From: Octopus sinensis
Lineage: Eukaryota
Assembly (NCBI RefSeq): GCF_006345805.1
Contig: NC_042997.1
Location: 15,500,001 to 15,564,000, forward strand
Reading direction: 5' to 3'
DNA length: 64,000 nt
The notes beneath the pieces were generated by a model, which was given only the letters and a program-made list of their open reading frames with translations, had not been told where the DNA came from and ran no database searches. Each line of letters starts with the position of its first letter. Within the stretch, counting starts at the first letter, position 1. A program made the position numbers and the translations under genes. Below are positions 53,619 to 64,000 of this stretch, piece by piece.

Positions 53619-53623
<5 letters not shown>
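53176..53623 (+). mobile_element. Retrozyme-like element: 365-bp unit plus 83-bp partial second unit, containing hammerhead J
   Basis: Direct repeat at 53176-53258 and 53541-53623. An inverted copy of the unit's 3' end lies at 53088-53175. Confidence 0.65.
53350..53392 (+). ncRNA. Type I hammerhead motif, family J (compensatory U3-A8 core)
   Basis: gcugca-UUGAUAA-AGGG[caaaua]CCCU-GAAA-C[AU]GUC-ugcagc: 6-bp stem I, 4-bp stem II, palindromic ACAUGU stem III. Confidence 0.85.
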
Positions 53624-53674
<51 letters not shown>

Positions 53675-53731
53675 TCTATATATATGATATATATATATAT
53701 ACATACATATATATATGTATATATATTATAC

Positions 53732-53762
<31 letters not shown>

Positions 53763-54221
53763 TATATATAGACATACATACACACCTACACACACATATA
53801 TAGTGTATCTGTGTGTGCGAATGGATGTAACTATATATATATGTGTGTGTATGTGTGTGTATATATACACACATAAGTATGCATGCTTGTATATGAAAGA
53901 AAATTGTTGTATACAGTGCTCAGGTACATGTATGTATGTATGTATATATATATTTATGTGTATATGTATATACACGTATATATGAAGGCTTCAGACAGTG
54001 ACAGGTATATCTATTAACCTATAACTATTTATAAATATATGCAATCAAAAATATATTCATAACGGTACCATCTCACTCGCACGTACGGATACATATACGT
54101 ATAATATACATACATGCACAGACACACATATGTACAAAAAGACGCACTCGTACATATATAGATAATACACACGCACAACCACATATGCATTTATGTATAT
54201 ACATGCACACATGTGTGTGCG

Positions 54222-54278
<57 letters not shown>

Positions 54279-55739
54279 ATCTATATATATATGGATGTAT
54301 ATATGCATATATATGTGTGTGTATGCATGTATATGTATATATGTATATGTATGTATGTATGTATATATATATATATTGTTATATTTCGGAATGGTCATTT
54401 TTGCCAGTTTAGCTAATAAAAACACACGCACTATATATTTGGTGTTACTTTGCTTCAGTGTTATTTATTTTTTACATTAATCTTAATCTTATTTCGGCCA
54501 GAGTTCTTTCGTCACACTTCTGTGACCGCATCAGTGGTCCTTTGTTTTCTTCTTTCTTATTTGTGTCTCTCCTTACTAGCCGTCAGCCATTTTGTATTTC
54601 TATAGAAATACAAAATACTCCTCGTATCATTGTGAAAGTATCTCACCATTCTATTGAAACATGTGCCCTTAATGCAATCCCCAGAAAAAAAAATCAGCAT
54701 GAGAAAATGCGCGACAATGCTTCCCCACAGTTTCCGTGAGACCAATTTCACTCGAGGCTTAGGTTAACGAGAGTCTATGGAAAAACGTAAGTAAATAGTA
54801 AAGCTAATGTTGGTTTCGAGAACAAATATTCAGTTATTCGATCAATTATATCAGATAGTCTTTTACTTAACTTAAGGTCGTGTCTTAAATATTCGATAGC
54901 TGTTATCACTACCACGATTATTATCACTTCACTTATTGTTTTGAATGAAGATGTAGGGAGATGCAATTTGTATGTTTTCGATCTGGAAAGCAATTACTCA
55001 TGCCACGATCAGTTATTAGGAGTGAATATTTTTCTTGGCTTAATTCCATCCCTATATCAGACAAAAGCGCTGTTATTATCATTAACATGTTTCCAGCAGT
55101 TTTATGCGAGTTTCCTGTGGTGTATACATCATTGTATTTTGGAAATGTATATTTGTGTTTGTATCTATTTTATAGTGTTACGAGATTTGTTTTGTTGTTT
55201 CTGATGCTATATTACTGTTTCATGTGTTTGTTGTGGAGATTATGAGCAGTATGGCTTATTATTCTGTTGTTAGTAGTTATTTTGGTGGGTGGTATTTAGT
55301 ATTTCGTATGTGCCGTATGTTTAGTGCTATGTATTTTAGTGACAGACGTTGATCGTGCAATATATGCACTACAGATGTTATATTATTGGGTCCCTACTGT
55401 ATAGGCAGTAAATTGCGTCAGTTGTTGGTGTTATAGTGTCGGGTATGGATTATGTAAAATTATGTTCTATTATTTTATTGGATGAAATTGAACGGAATAT
55501 GTTGTACGTGTTGTGTTATTTTAATGGGTGACAACTGTATAAGAATGTGACTTGTGCGAGCTATTGGTACTATAGTGTCAACTATAGGATAAGAACATAT
55601 GTTGCATTATTTTATTTCTCGGTGATTGATTATGTGATGTGTTATATTTTTTGATAGCGATTCCGTAGAATAGACACTGAGAGAGTTATTTTATTTATAT
55701 CGAGCGGCTATTTTTACTGGATATGCATTGTGCTCGGAA

Positions 55740-56330
55740 AGTATGCTGTTTGAGATATGCTCTTGTTTTGAAAGTGTTTTGAGTATAAGATCTGATGTAC
55801 CTAGTTTAACTACTTTTCAGACTGTACGTAATGCTGAGAGCCCTGTTTTGATACTTGTATTCATATATTTACTTATACATAATGTTCCAAGTATTATTGG
55901 TACTGTTTTATATTTCATTCTCCTTTTCGTTATATCCATTTTACTTTCAAGATCCTTGTAATTTGTCAGTTTCCCCATCTTCTTTAATGAAAATGTTTTC
56001 ATCAGAATGGATCAAGATATTTATAAGGGTACAATTTCTTTTGTTCTAGCGCTGATTATCATATCTCATTTTAATCTGGACAAGCAAGTCCCAGATGATT
56101 GCGACTAGTGTTGTTGTAAGATAGGTTTCGGGGGTATTTATAATACGTTTTATTCGTTTTCATGTAGACTCTATTATGCCTATGAATATAGAAGGTCTTG
56201 GGAAGCACTTAGCTACATGGAAAGATGTGATCAATCGATTCATTGTATTGGCTTTATAGTCTCCGCTTGATAGTATCTTTTTCCTTCTATATTTTTGTAA
56301 TTATTTGACTTGTTATTGGTAATGGGTAGC
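55740..56330 (-). pseudogene. Highly degenerate R4/Dong-like endonuclease region
   Basis: IIWDLLVQ, KLTNYKDLE and KTVPIILGTL parallel ILWDMPIH, KLSKYKDLE and ETIPIIVGALG of the 22847 element. Confidence 0.6.
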
Positions 56331-57255
56331 TAAAATGAACCCTGCTACAGCTTGTCAACTGCTGAGTTCAATGTAATCAACTCCTTCCTCTTAAACGTCT
56401 GAGATTCTGTCCAAATAAGAGACAACTGCAAGAACAATAATAATAATAACGATAATAGATTCATTTTTACCCATGTTATCCTCGTTAGCATGTCGGACAA
56501 AATGCTTAGCAGCATTTCTTCCAGTTCTTTATGTTCTGAGTTCAAATGACGCCGAGGTCGACTTTGCTTTTCCTCATTTCGTGGTCGATAAAATAAGTAT
56601 CAGTTGAGAACTGGGGTCGATGTAATCAACTATCCACACCCAAATTTTAGGCATTATGCTTATAACAAAAAGGATTATTATTATTGTTATTGAGGGAGAG
56701 AATACCGCATGCCATCAAAGTGACACAGAGGTAAAATATACGAAGCCCAGTATACTCACCGTGTCTACCCATCTGATAAGGCTACACCAGGCATATGCAT
56801 CACAACCATATGTGTACAACATGGTAATCTCATATCAATGTAAATATCACATGAACTTTCAGGTGGGGCCTAGTTAGAATGTTCTTCAGGTTGAGTGGCC
56901 CATCCTGCTCAAAAGGTCCCTGGATAAGGGTTGTTTAAGGATCATGAACGAAACACTCATATTTCCAGAGATGAATTGTTCAAAACCCAAAGAATTCCTC
57001 TCAACACATGGCTATGATGCTTCTCCCACTGCTCCTGTTCATGATCAGAGATGCACTTATTGCCAGCCACTAAGAGACATGCTCAAGTGGCTAAGGCCAA
57101 GCAACTAACAAGCAAATCTGTGGTACTGAACAGAATATTTGCTGTAGGCCATATTTTACACCAAGACAAAGCATGTACATGTTCCAATCAGTTAAGATCA
57201 GAAGCCATGAGAGCCACTGGTACTGCATCAGGGCATTTTATTATTATTATTATTA

Positions 57256-57618
57256 CTATTCTAGACGTCGCACAATAAACAATATCGTGAGGTTATTGGT
57301 TGAAGATATTGTGTCTACCGGGGGTTTGTACTGTTTGTCAAGTCACAATAAGGACCTCAGACAGACAGTGCTTTACGCAATATGCATGCAGTTCCAGCTA
57401 ATGCCGACTTTTGCAATACATCTAGATTATAGGCCTTCAGGTGTTTGTTCAGATTGGGTGGTATTGAACCCAATGCTCCGATTACAGTACGGATAACCTT
57501 TATGTTTGACTCTCGTAGCTGCCACATCTTAGCGATCTCAATTCTCAGGTCTTCATATTTATCAGCTTTTTCCTTTCTTTCATGAACATGTGTTGATCTC
57601 CTGGCACTGCTACGTCGA
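57256..57618 (-). mobile_element. 3' fragment of a second R4/Dong-like family between (TTA)n tracts
   Basis: KADKYEDLRIEIAKMW...VIGALGSIP...LQKSALAGTACILRKAL, followed by a 3' UTR and (AAT)n. Confidence 0.75.
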
Positions 57619-57630
57619 TTATTATTATTA

Positions 57631-57683
<53 letters not shown>

Positions 57684-57748
57684 GTTATTATTATTATTAT
57701 GCACATAACAGATCAGACTGCTGGAAAAGAAAAGTTCCTAACATCGGC

Positions 57749-57798
<50 letters not shown>

Positions 57799-57823
57799 AC
57801 ACGCACACACATACACACACACA

Positions 57824-57859
<36 letters not shown>

Positions 57860-57965
57860 TATATATAGTTAATCCAAACATGAACAAAGAGAAAACACAA
57901 CAACGCGAGGACGTGGAATAAGTATAGTGTTAGTGGACGCTCAGGAAAGGTAAGAAAGAAGGAGG

Positions 57966-58000
57966 ATTTAACGTTTCGAGTGGAGCTCTTCGTCAGAAAC
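57966..58000 (-). ncRNA. Type I hammerhead-like motif, family F
   Basis: guuu-CUGACGA-a-GAG[cucca]CUC-GAAA-C-GUU-aaau, within repeat 57866-58070. Truncated relatives lie at 42085-42165 and 51818-51917. Confidence 0.65.
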
Positions 58001-58273
58001 ATAGAGAAAGGAAAGGTCCAGGGAAAGGAAGACGGAGAAAGAAATCGCCAACGATACACACGCGGTCACATATTGAAATGACCGGAAGGGAATGGGCGAA
58101 GAAAGAGTTCTTTCAAAGACAGGAGAGTGCAAGAGAAGGAGGTATGTTGTGTATGTGTGGGTATGTGTGTGCGCGCAGGTCTGTATGTGTGTGTGTTTTT
58201 ATGTGTGTGTATCTGTGTGTGTGTGTGTGTCTGTGAATATATACATATGTACATATATATATTACATATACTT

Positions 58274-58307
<34 letters not shown>

Positions 58308-59661
58308 GTGCTTGAGTGTCTAGGCGTGTATGTGTGTGTGCTCGTGCGTGTATACACACACGTATGAACGTGTCTACTTTTTCTGTCATAAAGTCATATA
58401 TTTTCAATGAAATAAGCAACAGAGTATTTTTTCGAAAGAGTGTTGTACAATATATTATTATATAATTATATATTTCTTGTAGTGTAATTGAAAAAAAACT
58501 CTTTCCTCTTTTTTTTTACTCTTTCAGGATAAATCTAATAATTCAAGAACAAACATCAAAACACATTAATTTTCACTTAACAAACTAAAGATGTTTACTT
58601 CTTTCAAAATACTTTATTATCTTCGCTTGTGTCTGTTCTTATGACAGCCAAATTTCACATTTCATTTTAGCAACAAAACAACAAGGTATATTACTGTTCG
58701 TGCTTCATTGAAGAATAAATAGCTAAGACGGCAACGAATCGATAAGGCTGTCGTGTATGGGATAGTTCTATATGCTAGATATAGCAGCTAAGTCTTCCTC
58801 AAAATCACTCTTGTATCCGATAATGTAGTGCGGTTTACACAATGTTAGACCAAAATAAAAAAATGATCTTAAGTTAGTGATGTCAGGGTGACCTGGGGCA
58901 ACAAAATACAACAGTAGGAGCAAAACAGCGAAGAAGCACCTACGTGGCCCTTCGATGTGCTAGAAATATAACCCAAATCTCCCTCAATTCAGACTCTACG
59001 ATCTTAAAAAGGACACATTGAATAATATGGTCCTATGTGCACAACGTCTAGGTAAAAGACGGGATGGTCTGCGATGGAATGTCTCTGATCACAAGTCTGC
59101 TCGATCAGGTATGATCAGCAACAACAACAATAAAGTCTGCAATTTAACAACCAAAGTAGTTTTGGTCGGACAGATTTGTGCTGTAATTGAATCTTCCTTA
59201 ATCCGTGGTATTCTTAATGAAGTGCAATTAAAATCATTAAAAAATAAAAAAAAATAAAAACATGATCAACAGATAACTAAAACTCTTGATCACAACAGAC
59301 CAGTGGCATTTAACATCAATTAAGCACTTTAGCGGGTTAAGGATTAGGATCCGCTCCTGATTTCTTTGCTTCATCAGTTTTCCGAAACAGTTTAATTCAG
59401 TTTAACTTTCCTTGAAGAGAATACTTGATAATTAATTTATCATTATTTTTATTTTTCATGTTGTTTTAGTTATTTGACTGCGGCTATGCTGGAGCGCCGC
59501 CTTGAAGGGTTTTGGTCGAACAAATTGACTCTTGGACTTATCACTTCTTCAAGTTTAGTACTTATTCTATTGGTGTCTTTTGCCGAACCGCTATAATTAC
59601 GGGGATGTAAACACATCATCACAGGTTATCAACTGGTGGTGGTGGGCAAGCATACACACAA

Positions 59662-59708
<47 letters not shown>

Positions 59709-59711
59709 AAA

Positions 59712-60012
59712 GGGTAAAGACCCCCTTCGGTCATGTGTGACCATGGGTTTGCACCTAGAGAGTTACCCTCTGAGGCACAAGTCTGGGCAAGGTTGTTTTT
59801 ATGGAAGACCAGCAGTCGCCCATGCATACCGGCCTCCCCTCTCCACGCCACCAGTGTTATCCAAGGGAAAGACAAAGGTCGATACAGCTTGGCACCAGTG
59901 ACGTCGCAACTCATTTCTACAGCTGAGTGAACTGGAGCAACGTGAAATAAAGTGCTTTGCTCAAGAACACAACACGCAGCCCGGTCCGGGATTCGAACTC
60001 ACAACCTCACGA
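59712..60012 (-). mobile_element. CORE-type SINE family S4, head truncated
   Basis: Reverse-complement homolog of 61295-61635, broken at ctcacgaccgt. Confidence 0.85.
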
Positions 60013-60064
60013 CCGTTGATGGTCTATTTCTAGCATATGGCCGACTCCCTAGCAGAAAGCCCTG

Positions 60065-60117
<53 letters not shown>

Positions 60118-60126
60118 CAGAATTAA

Positions 60127-60199
60127 ATACATACCTCGGTTTCAGCCTTAACAAGAGAATTACTTATGCAATCCAAATGTCCGTGCATCTTCAGTGCAT
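60127..60199 (-). ncRNA. Hammerhead-like motif, family K, inverted copy
   Basis: Reverse complement of 60711-60783 with two changes (A10.1 to U; a G-U pair in stem I). Confidence 0.55.
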
Positions 60200-60710
60200 C
60201 CGTTCATAGTAATGTAAACGGAAAAGCTAACCCCAGCTTTCGTGCCAGTACAGACACGTGTGTAGCTTCACCGATTACACTATGCCCGCCAAAATTGGTT
60301 CTGTGTTCGCTGTATTTTTCCTCTAGAGAATTTCCTTGTAGTTTGACCGTTGATGGTCTATTTCTAGCATCATATGGCGACTCCCTAGCAGTAAGCCCTG
60401 CCAATATACACATATATTAGAATTTTCTCTGACTCCTCAGATTTTTGTATGCTGGACTACTGGTTTTAAATGATATTAAAATTATAATAATTTATCTCCC
60501 TCATTATTTAAATATTGAAATAAATACGTCTCTAGTACTAGCACGACCGCAGTGAATTATTTACTGCAGCCCTTCGCCTCAGAAATTTATTAGCGCGCCA
60601 GAGCCAAGACATTTGAAATTTTATCACTAGTGTAATCGGTGAAGCTAACACAGTGTCTGTACTGGCACGAAAGCTGGGGTTAGCTTTTCCGTTTACATTA
60701 CTATGAACGG

Positions 60711-60783
60711 ATGCACTGAAGAAGCACGGACATTTGGATTGCATAAGTAATTCTCTTGTTAAGGCTGAAACCGAGGTATGCAT
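60711..60783 (+). ncRNA. Type I hammerhead-like motif, family K
   Basis: augca-CUGAAGA-AGC[38 nt]GCU-GAAA-CC[GA]GGUA-ugcau. Confidence 0.7.
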
Positions 60784-61091
60784 TTAATTCTGTTTTTTAT
60801 ATAAATTTTCATCTGTCATGCCTGCCAAAATTGGTTCTGGTGTGTTCGCTGTATTTTTCCTCTAGAGAATTTCCTTGTAGTTTGACCGTTGATGGTCTAT
60901 TTCTAGCATATGGCCGACTCCCTAGCAGTAAGCCCTGCCAATATACACATATATTAGAATTTTCTCTGACTCCTCAGATTTTTGTATGCTGGACTACTGG
61001 TTTTAAATTGATATTAAAATTAATATTAATTTATCTCCCTCATTATTTAAATATTTAATTATTTATATATATATATATATATATATAATAC

Positions 61092-61140
<49 letters not shown>

Positions 61141-61294
61141 GAGGGTATGAGAGCTATTGGTGTCAAGCAGACCCAAAAGGTGTCGGGTAACGCTAAGTGC
61201 TATTGCTAGACTATGGTTAAGCTCCAGGTTCGATAATGATACGAATGAGTAGTCCAACGTGGGTCATGTATTAGCATGCATATATAAATTGACA

Positions 61295-61635
61295 GTGAAG
61301 GCGCATGGCTCAGTGGTTAGAGCGTCGAGCTTACGATCGTGAGGTTGTGAGCTCGAATCCCGGACCGGGCTGCGTGTTGTGTTCATGAGCAAGGCACTTT
61401 ATTTCACGTTGCTCCAGTTCACTCAGCTGTAGAAACGAGTTGCGATGTCACGGGTGCCAAGCTGTATCGGCCTTTGTCTTTCCCTTGGATAACACTGGTG
61501 GCGTGGAGAGGGGAGGCTGGTATGCATGGGCGACTGCTGGTCTTCCATAAACAACCTCGCCCGGACTTGTGTCTAGGAGGGTAACTTTCTAGGTGCAATC
61601 CCATGGTCTGTGTCGTGACCGAAGGGGGTCTCCGA
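61295..61635 (+). mobile_element. CORE-type SINE family S4, full-length
   Basis: tRNA-like head gtgaaggcgcatggctcagtggttagagcg, CORE-like tgttgtgttcatgagcaaggcactttatttcac, and TSD ataaattgaca at 61284-61294 and 61636-61646. Confidence 0.9.
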
Positions 61636-61706
61636 ATAAATTGACAGAATGAGATTAAAAAATCCAAGGCTGTAAATAGTAGTTTTCAGAACATTTATAA
61701 AGAAAA

Positions 61707-61756
61707 CGTCTTACTGCTGTTTCCGAGATATTTTATATATCCTTTCATCAGAGACG
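61707..61756 (-). ncRNA. Type I hammerhead-like motif, family G
   Basis: cgucu-CUGAUGA-aa-GGAUAU[auaaa]AUAUCU-cg-GAAA-C[AGCA]GUA-agacg. Confidence 0.7.
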
Positions 61757-62559
61757 GTGTGAGAAAATGTGTGAGTATTAATTATTGCAGAGAAGATACA
61801 GAGGGAAATAAGAGAAGGAAAATTGAAGTGAGTTACATAAGGATATTGTATTTGCAGTTCCATTATTCAAGTAGAATGGTGTGTATAAGTGGTGAAGACG
61901 TTTCCTGTACCTTTTGTGTGAGTTCCAAAGGTAGTTATATTTGGTCATTCCAAGCATAGAACCTTGTAAACAGTATTGTTTGATCTAAGGGGTTTTTTTT
62001 TTTGGTGTGAATTAAAATTTGGGAATGTGTTTGTAATAGTAATGGATAGATAGAGGGAGGAGAGATTTGTATGATTAGAAAGAGGAGATAGGTCAAATAA
62101 AAAACAGGAAGAGAATGGGAGGAAGAAGGAAAAAGAAAAAGGGAGGGAGACAGAAAAGAAATGAAGAGACAGAGAGAGAACGAAATGAAATGAGGGGGAG
62201 GGGGGTTGTTAGCTAGTGGTCAGGATAAAATGATAGGAGGAAGGGAGGGGTGAGGGGGAGACAATATATTCTTTATTCCACCTCAATTTTTACTACCAAA
62301 ACTAAAACCCACTCACACATCACCCTACCCTTACCTTCTCTCGACCTTTTCTATACCAATCCCTTAATGCAGCTCTATCACACCACTCTTGCTCACATAC
62401 CGCCCACTCTTTTACTCCTTACCCTCTTATCTCTTTGTCTTTCTCCCCCCTCACCTCTCCCTTCCTCCTATCAATTTATCCTGACTACTAGCTAACACAC
62501 CCTCATTTCCTTACTTTCTCTCTTTCTTCATTTCTTTTTTTCTCCTCTATGTGGGCTAA

Positions 62560-63128
62560 ACATAGAGGGATAAACAAGGACACACAAAAGGATCAATTCT
62601 ATTACATCGACCCCAGTGCGTAACTGGTACTTATTTAATCGATCCCGAAACGATGAAAGGCGAAGTCGACCCCGGCGGAATTTGAACACGGAATGTAACG
62701 ACAGACGAAATACCTATTTTTTTACTACCCACAAGGGGATAAACACAGAGAGGACAAACACGAACAAACAAACGGATTAAGTCGATTATATCGACCCCAG
62801 TGCGTAACTGGTACTTATTTAATCGACCCCGAAAGGATGAAAGGCAAAGTCGACCTCGGCGGAATTTGAACTCAGAACGTAGCGGCAGACGAAATACCTA
62901 TTTCTTTACTACCCACAACGAGATAAACACAGAGAGGACAAACACGAACAGACAAACGGATTAAGTCGATTATATTGACCCCAGTGCGTAACTGGTACTT
63001 ATTTAATCGACCCCGAAGGATGAAAGGCAAAGTCGACCTCGGCGGAATTTGAACTGACAACGAAAAGACAGACGAAATACCGCTAAACATTTCGCCCGGT
63101 GTGCTAACGTTTCTGCCAGCACGCCACC

Positions 63129-63130
<2 letters not shown>
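62560..63130 (-). mobile_element. SINE family S2 with three tandem internal modules
   Basis: The approximately 190-bp module is repeated three times before the single head ccgccacctt. Confidence 0.85.
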
Positions 63131-63186
<56 letters not shown>

Positions 63187-63210
63187 GAAGAAGAAGAAGA
63201 AGAAGAAGAA

Positions 63211-63635
63211 GATATAGTTGTCAGAGATCATGAAGAAAAAAAATGCTTTCTAATTGATGTATCAATACCGGCAGATGACAACGTGTCTCTAAAAGAAATG
63301 GAGAAACTCTCAAAATACAAAGACCTGGAAATAGAGGTAACCAGAATGTGGAATCTAAAAACAGAAACAATTCCTATCATAGTAGGTGCATTAGGCATGA
63401 TAAAAAATATTCAGACAAATTCATAACAAAAACACCAGGACTTACTTACAAACACATATAACATACAGAAAATTGCACTATTAGGCACTGCACACATCCT
63501 ACGCAGAACACTTTCCAGACAATAACCATCAGAGCATCACAACAAATCACAGCACATACCTAAGGCACACAGAGCTGCGCTCGGTAGTGAAGTGAAAGCA
63601 CGCTATAAAAATAAAACTACTGAATAATAATAATA
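63211..63635 (+). mobile_element. 5'-truncated copy of the R4/Dong LINE
   Basis: Near-identical to the reverse complement of 22847-23255 (DIVVRDHEEKKCFLIDVSIP..., 3' UTR, aat tail). It follows (AAT)n(GAA)n. Confidence 0.95.
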
Positions 63636-64000
63636 AAAAGATAAAATGTCAAATATTTTGGTGCATGATTTTTGGCCCATCCTATATATTGTATTCAGTG
63701 TTTTGCTTGCTTCAAATGTTTGACGTATGTATATATTTTCTATCGCTAAATAATCCTTTATTTAATGTTTTCCATCTCTTGTATGGTATTTGTATGCAGT
63801 AATGGTTATATATTGCTCGTTGAGAAAAATAATTATTTTTCTTATACTTATTTCCACATCAGATCCTAGAGATATGGAACGCAATGCAGTATTTACGACT
63901 AACAGCTATAACTCATTTTCTTATCCTATAATAAATGCTGTAATAGGGCTTCCATAGAATGCATACTGTGACTGACCAGATGCAAATCAGATAATCACAG

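Noticed and set aside
56690-57238. Stretch that looks like another interspersed repeat
   Set aside because: It is single-copy in this window with no TSD or termini I can demonstrate, so it needs a Dfam/BLAST check.
59355-59395. Minus-strand CUGAUGA...GAAA
   Set aside because: Only 6 nt separate the boxes with no stem II.
60628-60775. Possible exon ending at gag|gtatgc
   Set aside because: All frames contain stops, and the apparent donor is the stem III/GUA part of hammerhead K.

Overview
Eukaryotic, AT-rich, microsatellite-saturated non-coding DNA (intergenic or deep intronic). The SINE families resemble those of octopus/cephalopods, which is an inference from memory and not a database match. 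No host protein-coding gene can be supported, and almost all ORFs in the supplied track are microsatellite or SINE translations. The window contains dozens of tRNA-derived SINE copies from 4 families and a full-length but frameshifted R4/Dong-type (RLE) LINE inside (TAA)n, with further R4-like fragments. It also holds a decayed Tc1 element with TIRs, two mariner fragments, RTE and RNase H fragments, non-autonomous Helitrons, MITEs, a 5S rRNA pseudogene, a 23-bp minisatellite and a 100-N gap. The main unexpected signal is 15 minimal type I hammerhead-ribozyme-like motifs from about 11 unrelated sequence families, found by eye. Most have a palindromic, probably dimer-dependent stem III, and some carry U3-A8 or U4C core variants. 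Several sit in short non-autonomous elements with the inverted plus partial-tandem architecture typical of Penelope-like insertions and retrozymes. One is a tRNA-headed, hammerhead-bearing SINE-like element with a 12-bp TSD. Ribozyme activity and novelty are untested.
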